A stretch of DNA of 64,000 bases from Eledone cirrhosa (GCA_964016885.1 OZ024740.1:175832001-175896000); one strand, 5' to 3'; positions 13,615 to 27,330 are shown, counted from the stretch's first letter. Notes: generated by a model not told the origin, from the sequence alone. Made by a program: numbers and translations.

Positions 13615-14830
13615 TGCTATAAGACTTTATTTTATTGTTTTATTCTGTAACCTATCAAACCATTCTATATGTTGACCTTATGTCCATGAGCTGGGATGCA
13701 ATGGGGATTTATCTCTCGTCTGCTAGACACAGCGGGAACTGGAATCTATGCATCACTCCCTAGAACGTTTCTTTACTTACACCCTTACAAACGTTGAATA
13801 CAAGCGAAAATACGTTATTGATGTTATATAAAATACCCGAGGAATCCTGAAAACCTTTTTAACGGAAAGTCCTATTGTCTATACCATGTCTTATTTATAT
13901 TCCTCTGTTGTTGCTGACTCTTGAAATGGTGTTGGTATTGTTAGAGTTTTTAAAGCCAGATTTGAAACCATATCCAGTAGAGCCATGATGAGATTTGCTA
14001 CAACCGTGACAGAGCTGTTTTTTAGAAAGAAACGAAAGAACAACTGTAAGTTTAGGATTTGAGGGGAGATTTCTAGCAGGTGAAACAATTCACTTAAAGG
14101 CTCCCTACTACTAATAACGACATCGACGACGATAATGTTAACGCGGATACTGATGAGGATAATATTAATAACGTACATGATTGTGATAGTGGCGTTACTG
14201 ATGACGGTGATGCTCCTGATGATGAGGATTACATCAATGATGATGATGATAATGATGGTAATGTGGATGATGATGATGAAAATGGTGCTGCCGTTGTTGA
14301 TGATTAAGACAATGATGGTGATGATGATAATGATGACGACGACGATGATGATGCTGATGAAAATGGAGATATTGAACTTCATCATGATCATCGTGGTCAT
14401 ATTGGGTATAACAACAGTTGAAGGATTGCAGATATACAATAAATTGAATATGTCATCTGCAGATGTTTCAAGCATGGCAGCAGTTATATGAATATCATAT
14501 GTTAATGAAATTTTCATAAATTCGAAAGCATAAATTATTTTCGCTAACGTCTAACAGCACAATGGTTGTAGAATTTGAAGGCATTCATTCTGTGATATGC
14601 TGTTTATAAAATTTCCAAAATATGCTATGAATATTAGCGGTTGACATCTCTCACTCGCAATATATTCTTGCTATTCGCTAAACAAAAGGAACATAAATGT
14701 TCTTTTTTCGTCTTATAACTTCCTTATTACTGACAGTATTGTACGTGTTGATTGACAGGCAAAATTTCCAGGAATATGGTACGTAGAACCTTTAAAAACA
14801 TCAGTCTTTGGTGACAAAAGGGATTTAATG

Positions 14831-15230
14831 ATAATAATTGTTTCTACTTTTGGCACAAGGCCAGCAATTACCCCTGTGTATTACTGGTACTTTATTTTAT
14901 CGACCCCATAAGGATGAAAAGTAAAGTTAACCTCGGCGGAATTTGAATTCAGATTATAAAGGGCCGTAACTCTATGCTACAAAGCATGGCATCCGATCCT
15001 CTACCGATACTGCAATGGTTTCTGATTTAAGCACAAGGACAACACTTTTTGGAGGAGGGGAAATTCGATTAAATTGACCCATTACGTTACTGTTGCTTTA
15101 TTTTATTGATCCCGTAAGGATGAAAGGCAATGTTAACCTCGGCGGGATTTGAAATCAGAATGTAAAGGGCCGTAACTATATGCAACAAAGCATAATGTTC
15201 GCCTCTCTAACGATACTGCCAATCCACCAC
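14831..15230 (-). mobile_element. Two tandem copies of the dominant SINE
   Basis: Reverse complement of the 4249-4434 family at about 14831-15013 and 15017-15230. Confidence 0.85.
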
Positions 15231-15599
15231 CCTTAGTAATAGATTTATAAACTAATCCCACTGACCGTCACCAGGGCAAAACAAGCAGTGTCACTCACAC
15301 GATAACAAAACGAAAGAAATCTTGATGGGAGTCTCCTGGAGGCAGCCGAATGAAGATGAAAATAAAGAAAAGTAAGAAACAAGATTGCTCCTTAAACGAC
15401 TGATCCTGGATTCAATAAGACGATGCTGATTCTTTGGAATATAGAGGAAAGTCGTTTACCACCTGAAACAGCATCATTGAACCATACAATGATGTATATA
15501 GAAACCAATGGTACCACCGACTCAAGGAAGTTAATTAACGCTGCAGGGTTTTTGGTTGTTGAACGATGACATTTTAAGCAAACCGAAAGGAAGAAATGT

Positions 15600-16260
15600 A
15601 AGGAAACCTGGTGGAAGTTAAGAATGAAAGATGATATAACTCAGTTCAGAGAAGATATAGATAAAATGGATTCATGGCATACAGGACAAGAGAAGAAGGC
15701 CACAGTAGGGGAGAAATGAGGCATGGACATGAAGTATGTAATAAAGTTTAATGGTTTGAATGTAGTGATAGAAAAAGTGAAGCAGCAAATTAAGGTGAAA
15801 TTTCACCGGGTAAGGCGCTATAAACAAAAACAATACGAACAGAACAGATTCTTCTCTGCAAATCAGGTCAATATAAGATGAATAATATATCAAGTAGATT
15901 CCTTCTCACCATTGCACTTTGTGATTGCTATGATTCCACTATCAATGGTCTTACGAGATATAGATATGTCTATCAGTTGGAAAACAGAGGACCTAAGATG
16001 AATCATCTACTTTTTATGGATGATATTTGGCAGGAATGAATCTCAGTTTGACTCACTGGTCAAAACTGACCACCGGTGTTTTGGAGACATTGGGATAGAG
16101 CTTTGTACCGCAAAGTGCCCTACTTTGAATATGAAGAAAAGTAGGCAAGTAAATAGTGGTGGGATTGAGTTACCTGATGGAGTGTCTATTGGTGGTCCTG
16201 AGAATAGTGGGTACAAATATCTGGGCATTTAAAGGTTGTCAAAATCATCAAAAATGAGTT
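15600..16260 (+). pseudogene. Degraded R4/Dong-like reverse transcriptase relic
   Basis: QVDSFSPLHFVIAMIPLS, KMNHLLFMDD, DIGIELCTAKC and YKYLGI across frameshifts; left boundary uncertain. Confidence 0.7.
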
Positions 16261-18325
16261 GATGGAATCAAGCCCTCAAGCTGAAAAGCAGGAAACTCCA
16301 AATATTTAGATCCCTTCATGGAATACTTGGCTCCTCATCATTCCCAGGAATGTGCAAAAATATATCAGTAAATAGATGCATTAGAAAACAGAAAATATTT
16401 TGAATAGTTTATAAAAACTAATTACATATAAATCAGAAACTTGCATAAGTAAGTTGCATTTTATTATATTATTTTATGTATTTTCATTTACTATTCAAAG
16501 GTCATGATTTGGGCCAAAGGTTCAATCGGTCCTCTGGGTAGTCTTATTAACCTTTTGGAATCGATGTTCCCAGGTTGGGGACGTCTGATCTAACAGATAC
16601 AATAAAGAAAACTGAACTGATCATAACAACATAACTGAATATATATCAATGGAATCACCTCCTCAAGTTCTGAACATACAAATCTCTCTGAGAAATAGCA
16701 GCCAAATTCTATTAGATAGATGTGATGATTTGCTAGAAGCATTAGAGTGTCTGACTAAATACCTTCCTGTATTCTGGTTCCTCGCATTCTGAGTTCAAAT
16801 CCCACCGAGCTAAACGTTTGGGTGTCGATAAAATGAAGTGTCAGTCCAGAGCGGTAGACTGACAGCATCGTTCGAACGTCGGTCGGAAGAACACTTGCAG
16901 TGTTTGTTCCATTTTGTGTATGTGTGGGGTGGTGGTGGGGGTGATTGAGTTCTGAGTTTAAATCTCACCATGGCCTGCTTAGGTGGATAACTTAATCCGT
17001 CACTCGGTCTAATACTCTCTCATGACACTTGAGTACCCTCCGCGGAGTTCATTTTGCTGCAAACATTTGAAGTAGGCCTCCGGTTTGTCAATGCCTTTCT
17101 CTCACCTTCCTATAATTATCGGTAGACACTGGCCGTTCTCCTGATTAAGCGATGAAAGATATCCTGGCAGAAATTCTTCTCAGAAAATAAAATCGAACAA
17201 CAATACGCTATATAACCTAATCTAACCAGTGCGCTTAGCATGATTGAGAAGAAACGATTTTCTAACCTAATGGACTAAATCATTACTCTGCCTAGTCTAC
17301 CGAAACACAAGGAAGGATTATATAATATGCAAAATGGAAAAACAAAGACAATATTTATCTTTACTGAGCTGAGTTAAAGTTTTTCTTGAGACTAGACACT
17401 TATCACACCGGAACTTATCAAAGTTTTATGTAGCATTAAAAGACTGACAGTACAAAGCTACCTCTTGGAGGAGACGCCAGTCAATTACTAGGACTAATTT
17501 TCGGCTGAGTGGACTAGAGCAACATAAAATGAAGTAGGTTGTTCAAGGAAACAACACACCACCTGATCCAGGTGTCGAACGATATGATCATGAGACCAAT
17601 ACTAATGAATAAGTCATTATTCATCCCAAACCGTGTCGAAAGATAATATAAAATACAAATCGACAAACAGAGTAAAATATATTTATTTACTCAGTGTAAC
17701 CAGTCAGCTCTCATAAATGATGAAGCTTATTCTACATGGTTAAACTACTAGAATAATTATACACGAAACTACAGCAACGTAAATCAATGAATTGCAAATG
17801 TGATCAGTATCATCAACACCTGATTGATTATTAGCGGAATATCATAATATCAATTTCACAAAGAAAGTCACCAGAGACCACCGAAACTCCAGCCTGTTTC
17901 CCAACAATATATATAAAGTCCTGACATCTAAACTCCCCTGCAGGTTGGCTACTGCTCAGCTCTGAGATAATAGATATATTAATATGATGAATAGTTTATT
18001 TCGAGACAAGAGGGGAAAAATAAAAATATAACCAAAATCTAAAAATGTATTGATACCGAAAGGCTCCCTGTGTACCCCCCTCCGCCATTACAAACAGCAG
18101 CAGCAGCAGCAGCAGCAGCAAAAATAATAATAGTAACTACTACAACAACTGCTGTTACCACCATAACACAACCCCATCCTGACCCGACTATTTCCTTCAC
18201 CCCACCAGCACCCTCATCCTCACACCCACGCTCGACCTATCATAAGAAATCATAAACAGTTCTAACCTTGTTGCTAATCATTCCGAACATATGAACACCA
18301 ATAATATTCAGACCTACGGTTGTAG

Positions 18326-18522
18326 GGTGATGTATTGGCACAATTGTTAGACCGTCAGGTAAAATGTCATTGCTGCATTTGTTCTGGCTTTTTTCATTCT
18401 GAGTTCAAAGCCCACCGAGCTCAACTTTGCCTTTCATCCTTCCGGGTTCGATAGAATAAAATACCAATCAGGTACCTTCCCGCCAAATTTGCGGGCATTG
18501 TGCCTAAATTTGAAAATAATAT
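18326..18522 (+). mobile_element. Older copy of the dominant SINE
   Basis: ctgagttcaaagcccaccgagctcaactttgcctttcatcc...ttgtgcctaaatttgaaa; other decayed copies near 16725-16975, 37552-37705, 39001-39122, 40580-40720 and 41140-41290. Confidence 0.7.
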
Positions 18523-18955
18523 TAATAACTGCAATTACTGCAACGCTGACAACCAGCAGTAACAACAAAAATAAAGGCTACAGCAACAGTGGTGCTGCTG
18601 CTGCTACTGTTGCTACTACTACTACTACTACTACTACTATCATATAGAAATTCTATTGAAATTTTGGTATGTTTGGTACGTGATCTATGGAACGTGCATT
18701 GACATTTACTTTCTGTTGTTTGCTGCATATATAGTGAAATTTGACTTGCATTTTGTTATGGTAAATATCTTGAGGTTTTGGTTTGATAGAGCTCTGAAGT
18801 TCATTCCACTTGAGATATACATCAGATAGAACATATTTTGGATCGAACGGTTTACTGTTAAAGACAAAACAGCTAGCAAAGTAAAAGGAATTTTTAAGAG
18901 AGAGCTGTAGAATTCACGAAAGACTTGTCGGCTTGTTGTATCAACTTCAGATACG

Positions 18956-19001
<46 letters not shown>

Positions 19002-21149
19002 TAGAGAGAGGGGGGGAGAGGGAGAGAGAGAGAGAGAGAATGAAGCGTATCTCAATTGTAAATGAGTACAGAGATATTAAGTTCCAGGTTCGATCTCATT
19101 GCGTATGGACTTGGGCAAGTGTCATGTGAGTGAAATTTGGGTTGATGGAAACTGTTTAGGAGTTCGTTGGAAGGCCTGTACATGTAATTCAAAGAGCCAG
19201 TCAATATAGACCCCGTGTCACGCTGAATCTCCCTAAATTTATAATGAGGCTGTACCGTTGATCGAAGAACTGGAACACTCGTCGTCGAAACCGATGAAGG
19301 CTCATTCTACAAGTGAATGTGCCGGAGAACATGCCACCCGACGTTTGACCAGAGCCGATTGCTACCAGAGAGGAATGAGGATGAAGATGATGATGATGAT
19401 GATGAAGATGGTGATAGGATGAGAAGAAGAAGAAGAAGAAGAAGAAGAAGAAGAAGAAGAAGAAGAAGAAGAAGAAGAAGAAGAAGAAGAAGAAGAAGAA
19501 GAAGAAGAAGAAGAAGAAGAATCGAGTTGATTCAATTACTTGACTGGTATTATACTAATCTCGAACAGCGAAGGCACAAAGAGCAAAGGTAACCACAGCG
19601 GGGTTTGCATTTAAAACTGGAGAGAACCAGAATAATAATCGCAAGGCTATCTACGCATTTCTTTAACGTTTCTGCTAATTAGCTCTCCTCACTTTGTGTA
19701 TAGAAACAAATCAAATCTTTATACAAATACAGGTTCTACAATAGAGCTTATATTTCGTTTTGTCATCACAGTTAAAGTCATAATGGAGTACTGCCAATAA
19801 AATATTTTTTTTTACAAACGTCAATGTTTCGAAATGTTTAATTATCATTTATTATCATTTTATTAATAACTTAATCAGATATTGAAGAACAACGCTCCTG
19901 GCGGGAAACCTGTTTCAAATGCCTGCAACAGAATAGATTCCGCTAAAGGACCACAAAGGCCAGTTAGTGGTGTTATACCGGGCAACTGATTAAGTCTACC
20001 AAACAGTGCAGGTTTAAATAAGTGCAGAGCCCATAACATATACTATAAAAGAGTACTATTTTTTTTCTAAATGTGACATAAAAGTTGCAGGGAGCATATT
20101 ACTATACGATAAATCTCTGAGCGCAGGGCCCCTGAAAATGTGATTGATACTCTTGCTACAAGGTTAATCGGCACTGCTACCACATAATTATCAGAGTTGG
20201 AAAAGCCTGTGTTAGTCTCACCAAATAAAGTTGCAAGAGGCAAACAGAAATGTTATCCTCACACTAGAGGTTTTCTCCAAATGTTTGCAATAGAATGTAT
20301 TTCGCCAAAGTCAAAGTAGAGCCAGCTGGTGGTATTATACCGGGTGAGATATTAAGCATACAATATCATATTCAACTGTAATTGTTACCTTTCTTCTAAC
20401 GCTCTTACCCACTCTGCCAAAAACTAGGATATATTCTACAGACTATTTTCGTTGTGTTTAAATAAGATGATTATGGTATATTAAGCTATTTATGTTTTTA
20501 TTGCAGTTTATTGATGTATGATATGTGATCGGGTCAAAGACGCTTTATATTCTAATCGATATTGAGCACTGCATTCATGTTTGCATTTGTGTCTAACAAG
20601 AGGTTAATGTTTTCAGCCGTTTAATATACTGCTATTTACTCGTATTTATATTACATTTTGATTACTGCTCTACAGCTGAGTATATGTAGATGCACAGGCA
20701 CACCTGCATACACACATACATACACACGCACGCGCGCGCGCACACACACACACACACACGTGTAAAAGGTAAAGAGAAATAACGAAAATAAAACAAACGG
20801 CACTGTGCATGGAAGAAATATAAAGAAATATATTAGTTTAACGCTTAAAATATATTTATAACGGAGTCTACCGTCGATTTCGACATATGAAGGTCCATAC
20901 ACTATTTTGTTATGTTTATGACATTTAAAAAACTTTAAATAAACCAGACTACTCTACATACTGGACAGGGTTGTTAAACAAAGAGGCAGGCATATTAGAT
21001 CGAGTCTTTGACTTTGTTCTCAATTGTTTAAGATGATCCTGGTGGCTTATTTCATTCACTTATCTAGAAAAGTTATAGAACAACAGGGAGGCGCTTTAAT
21101 ATACGACAAGTGTTTGCTGCATTAAAAACATTTAATCCACTGATATTTG

Positions 21150-22010
21150 ATAATCATTATGCCGACGACTGTGAATTGTTAGTCATTCGGAAGAAGACCT
21201 TCAGATTCTGACGTATTGCTTCTCTGCATTGTATGGTGAGTTTTGGCTAAAAGGGAGTGGCAAAAAGCTATATATTCCTCCATTTGTCAAAGGAAAAAGG
21301 TTGAATGATGTGGATAAGTTCGTCTACTCTCCAGAAACTGCACCCTTGATGAAGAGGCTGTCTAAAACTTCCGATGTTTTTGGTAAGATGGAAAAGCGCC
21401 TGTGGTCACAGTCAGAAATAAGTTCGCGTACGAAAGCTAAAGTGTACCAAGCTTGTGTACGTACTGCATTGGTGTATAGCTATGAGATATGTACAACATA
21501 ATGCGGGCATATACGGTGCCTCGAACATTTCCACCAACAATGCTTGCGATCCATCATCAGATCACATGGAGGTCTCGTACACCAGACACTGATTTACTTC
21601 AGCAGATCTGTCTGCCAAGTATCGAGACTGTGATATTGAAACAGCGTCCCTGGGGGTCAAGTCACAGAGTATGCCAACAGACACCAAAAACAAATATGGA
21701 ATGGAGAGCTGTCGCAAGGCAAACGCCTGTAGTGCAATCTTCTTAAGCGCTGCAAAGTCTGCCTAAAGGAAACGGTGAAGAATCCAATATCAACATCGAA
21801 ACTTGGGAAAATCTTCAAACTAATTGCTACCGTTGTTAAGGAAAACCAGAAACGGTGGGCTTATGATGAAATGAAGCGAACATCTTAATATATGGAAGAT
21901 GTTAATCCGCTCCCAGAACAGTGTTTGAAAGAGACTCTTAGCTGTGAGGGATGCAGGTGTGTATGTATATCAATGTCTGGACCACTAAACCACAGAAGAT
22001 GTCATACTTT
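21150..22010 (+). pseudogene. Degraded RTE (BovB-like) LINE, RT C-terminal half through terminal zinc finger
   Basis: YADDC, HSEEDLQ, FGKMEKRLWSQSEISSRTKAKVYQACV, LEHFHQQCLRSI, LPSIETVILKQR and terminal CEGCRCVCISMSGPLNHRRCH. Confidence 0.75.
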
Positions 22011-22274
22011 GAGTATCGGATACTCTTTGATTTCACTCTCTAAGTGGGCTAACACAGCACCGAAATGCATGCCAAGCCAATCAAATTCAAGTAGGCGGGA
22101 AACGTACCTTGACACTGTGTGGTATGATATATAAGTCACTTCTTGGTTTTTCCAAGACATCAGCAGCAGCAAGATCAATAACACGCTTTTGCCAATGCCT
22201 ATTTTTCCTAAGAAGTCGTCGTACTCAGACACGAATTCGCTTCCACTACACACACACACATATATATATGTATG

Positions 22275-22310
<36 letters not shown>

Positions 22311-22539
22311 TACACATATACTCTTTTACCCTTTTACCTGTTTCAGCCATCCGGCTGAGGCCATGCTGGGGCACCGCCCTTGGGTTATATATATATATAT
22401 ATATATATGATATATGTATGTATATGTGTGTGTATGTGTTTGTGTTTGTGTGCGTGTGTATTATATATGTATGTATTTATGTATATATGTATGTGTATGT
22501 ATATATATATATGTGCGTACATATTTCCAAGTAGATAAT

Positions 22540-22950
22540 GAGCGATGTTTGACAAATTCTCTGAGAAGGGCATCAAAATTCCACAAATCTGTGTGCTTTT
22601 GTCTGTGTCGATAATATCTGCTAGGTTGCTTGCTTCAGCGCGCATGCACATCTACATTATTTCTATCTTATTTCTTTCAGTTTTTGCTACCCTTTTCAGA
22701 TGTGACTTTAGCTCTGCAGGCTATTACCTAAGTCATGCGTTTGTCATTAAGTGGACAGTTTACCTGTTTCCCGAAATTCAATTGTTACGTGTGCTGCTTT
22801 CGATAGTTTGCTGGAATTCGCTTTTTATTACATTAGCGACATTTATTGTACAAGAGTATCTGATAATCCACGGACGTCATTAGTATTTCTCTCGCAGATG
22901 ACTGCTTAGTTCCATAATGTCACATCCATCTTCTCCTCAAGATAGACGAA
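22540..22950 (-). pseudogene. Possible old PLE linker/GIY-YIG relic
   Basis: Minus strand gives YSCTINVANVIKS and NCPLNDKRMT*VIACRAKVTS, resembling PLE YSC...CPL...VY.A.V motifs; heavily decayed. Confidence 0.4.
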
Positions 22951-23530
22951 CTCATACAAACTTACGAAGTAATGTATTTATGGCTATCTGGAAAACATGC
23001 TTTGATTGAAGACGGTACTGAACTGAAATTATGATTATCCTGAACTATGAAATGTGTTTGTTATTTAACCCCAGGTACACCATGATCAACAAGAATTATA
23101 ATTAAAAGGCATTCTGCATGTGATCACATTGTCTTTTTACGGATAAGCAAGTTGTAATTTGATGGTTATTTGGCTCCTTTTTCTAGTAGGTCAAGTCGCT
23201 GTCTAGCGGATACCTCGCTGGCTCATAAACAGTAAGTTATTTTATAGCACAAGATCTGCTTTGATCAGGCAAACTTATGATCCAAGGTATTTTAGTAGCG
23301 AATATTCCTAGCATTTCTTTTTTTTAAATTTTCAGACCTGCGTTCAGTGTTCTATCATCCAATGCACTTATTGTTCGGTGTTTTTGTCGAAATAGACCTG
23401 TTACCAAAGCTGTTCACACTGTGACCATTCCGTATTTTATCCTGACATAGAGCATCTAAGACTGTCATGTTGAGCATTTCCTTCTTTTTCTGAATATGTA
23501 ATTTCGTAGACCCATCTTTATCTCTTCACT

Positions 23531-23690
23531 TTATGTTAAAAAAATGGCTCCAGCGTTAGTTTGGTGTTGCAAAAATTCCTGTGGTCAATTTTTTACATTC
23601 ACATGACCTCTACCGACCAATCAAAATTGTTTTGACCACAAGAATTTTTGCAACACCGAAGTAACGCTGGAGCCACTTTTTAAACATAAA
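23531..23690. mobile_element. MITE-like imperfect palindrome
   Basis: ttatgttaaaaaaatggctccagcgttagtttggtgttgcaaaaattcctgtggtcaa mirrored by ttgaccacaagaatttttgcaacaccgaagtaacgctggagccactttttaaacataa, with a short spacer. Confidence 0.65.
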
Positions 23691-23950
23691 AACAGGTAGA
23701 ATTCCCAAAACTAATCAGATCTGAGCAAACAACACGGACACTCTATCTCAAAATTATTTTTGAAAAGCATTTAGAAATGCGCAACCGGTAAAAACTTAAA
23801 AACTTAAAACCACAACTGAATACTAACCCATACAATCACTAATACTCTTTTATTCCTAATTAAACCATTTTTCAACTGTGAACAATTTGTCAGCATTTTC
23901 TATTCCGTTTACCAATATATAATAACTTGTGTGTTATACCTCTATTCTTT

Positions 23951-24012
<62 letters not shown>

Positions 24013-24172
24013 CCCTACTCTCACCAAGCGTGAAGCTAATAACACTTTGAAGCTAATAACATTTTGTGAAGCTAATAACACTTATATATAACAAAGGAAA
24101 TGGGGTAAAGAACCAAGGTCCAGAAATAGCCGTCGAACCGGCTTGAGCTCTGCCGTCGGGGTCATACTTTTT

Positions 24173-24217
<45 letters not shown>

Positions 24218-24222
<5 letters not shown>

Positions 24223-26173
24223 AGAAGACGAAAAATCAGTGATGCATCTCAACTCAATTTATTGTGTGTTACAATTGTTTCGCCGGCGGACAGCTCGAGA
24301 CGCGATCATTGTGTGGGTGGATCTGTCTGATTCTGGACCCGAAGGTTCGACGGACACGTCTAATGATTTCGGAACATATTATATATATATAAACGCAAGC
24401 ATATCTAATATATATTTGTGAAATGGGCGGTGGTTGAAATTCAAATGTGCACGGTTAAATGGTAGTAGACGTGGTCGGACTGACATGAAAATGTACACAC
24501 CTATGTAAAAAGTACCAAGGAAGCAAATAGACGAGGTTTCAAATCTCTAACTTGAAAAATGTGGTCCCTGGAGCCCCAAAATTATCGCGTTCGGTGAGTT
24601 ATTTCCCCCTGTTCTAATATTTTTGTCTTATTTACAATTTCATCAACGTTCTTTCGCTGTTAACATACAGTACCAATAATTTGAAAAATATTATTGAAAG
24701 TTTATTATAAAGAAGCAGTTTCAGGAAAAAGTGTAAACTATCATACAAACCTTCATAATATGCATTTTTAAACTTGCATATCATCGATATTGCTATTTCG
24801 CTGTTAATAAACTATCATCCTTCTACATTTAACGATCATACAGTACCGTTTTATGAAATCGATTCTGCAGTACGGTCACTGTTTTCCATCAAAAGAAATA
24901 AAACCCTTGGCGATACTTGGTTTTAGTGTCCTAAATTATCATCATCGATATTCAATTATTAGCTCCACCCACTACACGATACGTCACGAAGGTAAATGTT
25001 TCGAAAACATTTTAAACAATATATTGTTTAAAGAAATATTTTTTCTGTTGTTAAAAACTGTAAATTTGTTTTTTAAAAAATGTATTTCGCAGCAATTTTT
25101 TTTCTGTTAAAAACTGTAAATAAATATTCATGTAAAAATGAAGCATAGTGTTTCGGTTAAATACATTTTTTTAAAAACAGATTTACAGTTTTAAACAACA
25201 GAAATAAAATTCACTTAAACAATATATTGTTGCGATATACAGTTTAACATTTTTTTGAAACATTTACCTTCGTGACGTATCGTGTGTGAAAAAAAAAATG
25301 TATTTCGCAGCAATTTTTTTTCTGTTAAAAACTGTAAATAAATATTCATGTAAAAATGAAGCATAGTGTTTCGGTTAGAAACTTAAAAACTGTAAATAAA
25401 TATTCATGTAAAAATGAAGCATAGTTTTTCTGTGAAAAACTGTAAATAAATATTTATTTTGTTCAAAAAATAAATCAAAAATTTAATTTTCTCTGTTAAT
25501 ATTTTAATAAATATTTATTCTAAAAATTCAATGTTTTTTCGTGTAAAAATGAAGCATGTAAGAAAATGAATATGTAAAAATCAAGCAGCAGCAGCCGCTG
25601 ATGACGTGTTGTGACGTTTAGTGTAGTGGGTGGAGCTAATAATTGAATCTCGATGATGATAATTTAGGACATTAAAACCAAGTATCGCCAAACCCTTAAA
25701 TTGCGAAGAAGGGACGCGTGTTTTTATTTTAATTCTAATACATGTTAACCACCACTAACAGTAAGTAGTATTTTTCAAATTACATATCATCGACATTGCT
25801 GTTTCGCTGTTAATAAACAACGCTTTTCACGTCGCTCCACTTCTCATTGTACGCCGTCCAGCCCCAAGTAAATATTTCTATTTTTTTCCCTGAAACTGCT
25901 TCTTTATAATAAACTTTCAATAATATTTTTCAAATCATTAACTTAATAAAAAGTGACCCCAGGTGCAACCGGGCTCAGCTGCTAGTTATATATATTATAA
26001 ACGGAGCATATTATATATATATATAAACGCAAGTATTGCACCAAGAAAATAAAACGTCGGCGTGAAGAGATTAGGAATTTATTTGCTTTAACATATTTTC
26101 GTCTGTGTATTATACATTGTCTACATATGCTGACTACAATGTATATTGTTCAATCATATGCAATACTTAATTA
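24218..26173. mobile_element. (TA)n-associated repeat of about 330 bp interrupted by a Helitron; uninterrupted copy at 29112-29431
   Basis: 24218-24399 plus 26001-26173 are colinear with 29112-29431. Confidence 0.75.
24404..25985 (+). mobile_element. Non-autonomous Helitron containing nested inverted repeats
   Basis: a|TCtaatatatatttgtgaa start; cccaggtgcaaccggg hairpin then CTAG|t end; internal inverted repeats 24680-24730/25880-25934 and 24907-24976/25621-25691. Confidence 0.75.
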
Positions 26174-26322
26174 TGTATATATATATATATATATATGGAT
26201 TATATATAATGTATTTTGCAATACACTTTATGCTTAATTAAAAGCATTTTGAAGACCGTAAGCTATTGTTTTAAAGTAGTGACAAATTCACTTACTTTGA
26301 TCTCAGCAAACAGGAGAGATAA

Positions 26323-26364
26323 GCCGACAAGTCTTGTTTCGCTTTGGTTGAAGCTTATCAAGGC
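26323..26364 (-). ncRNA. Type I hammerhead ribozyme (inverted unit)
   Basis: Reverse complement of 26760-26801. Confidence 0.8.
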
Positions 26365-26759
26365 CAACTACCCCTCCTGTCTACCGAGATCATTGATGTT
26401 ATATTCTTATAGAAATCTAGTAAATAATCAGGAGCTGATTATGCAGAGCGGTTGTTGGTCAGGCAGAAATTAAAAATTAGAATTGGAGCTCTGAAATAGC
26501 AATATATATATGGATGTATATATAATGTATTTTGCAAAACAATAGCTTACGGTCTTCAAAATGCTTTTAATTAAGCATAAAGTGTATTGCAAAATACATT
26601 ATATATACATCCATATATATATTGCTATTTCAGAGCTCCAATTCTAATTTTTAATTTCTGCCTGACCAACAACCGCTCTGCATAATCAGCTCCTGATTAT
26701 TTACTAGATTTCTATAAGAATATAACATCAATGATCTCGGTAGACAGGAGGGGTAGTTG

Positions 26760-26801
26760 GCCTTGATAAGCTTCAACCAAAGCGAAACAAGACTTGTCGG
26801 C
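26760..26801 (+). ncRNA. Type I hammerhead ribozyme, U3-A8 core variant
   Basis: gcc-TTGATAA-gctt-caacca-aagc-GAAA-caa-gac-ttg-TC^ggc; all three stems pair; GUC site, predicted cut after C26798. Confidence 0.8.
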
Positions 26802-27075
26802 TTATCTCCCCTGTTTGCTGAGATCAAAGTAAGTGAATTTGTCACTACTTTAAAACAATAGCTTACGGTCTTCAAAATGCTTTTAATTAAGCATAAAGTG
26901 TATTGCAAAATACATTATATATACATCCATATATATATTGCTATTTCAGAGCTCCAATTCTAATTTTTAATTTCTGCCTGACCAACAACCGCTCTGCATA
27001 ATCAGCTCCTGATTATTTACTAGATTTCTATAAGAATATAACATCAATGATCTCGGTAGACAGGAGGGGTAGTTG

Positions 27076-27117
27076 GCCTTGATAAGCTTCAACCAAAGCG
27101 AAACAAGACTTGTCGGC
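27076..27117 (+). ncRNA. Type I hammerhead ribozyme, second tandem copy
   Basis: Identical to 26760-26801; predicted cut after C27114, 316 nt downstream of the first. Confidence 0.8.
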
Positions 27118-27280
27118 TTATCTCCCCTGTTTGCTGAGATCAAAGTAAGTGAATTTGTCACTACTTTAAAACAATAGCTTACGGTCTTCAAAATGCTTTT
27201 TTAATTAAGCATAAAGTGTATTGCAAAATACATTATATATACATCCATATATATATTGCTATTTCAGAGCTCCAATTCTA

Positions 27281-27330
<50 letters not shown>

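Larger units (their letters stand above)
26197..27285. repeat. 316-bp hammerhead-containing tandem repeat: about 1.1 inverted units plus about 2.4 direct units, within (TA)n
   Basis: Same register recurs at 26540, 26856 and 27172 (period 316); 26197-26537 is the reverse complement; copies nearly identical. Confidence 0.9.

Noticed and set aside
26216-27191. Three near-identical 74-85 aa ORFs as a small gene family
   Set aside because: They start at TTG, have no recognisable domain, lie antisense to the hammerheads, and recur only because the 316-bp unit is repeated.
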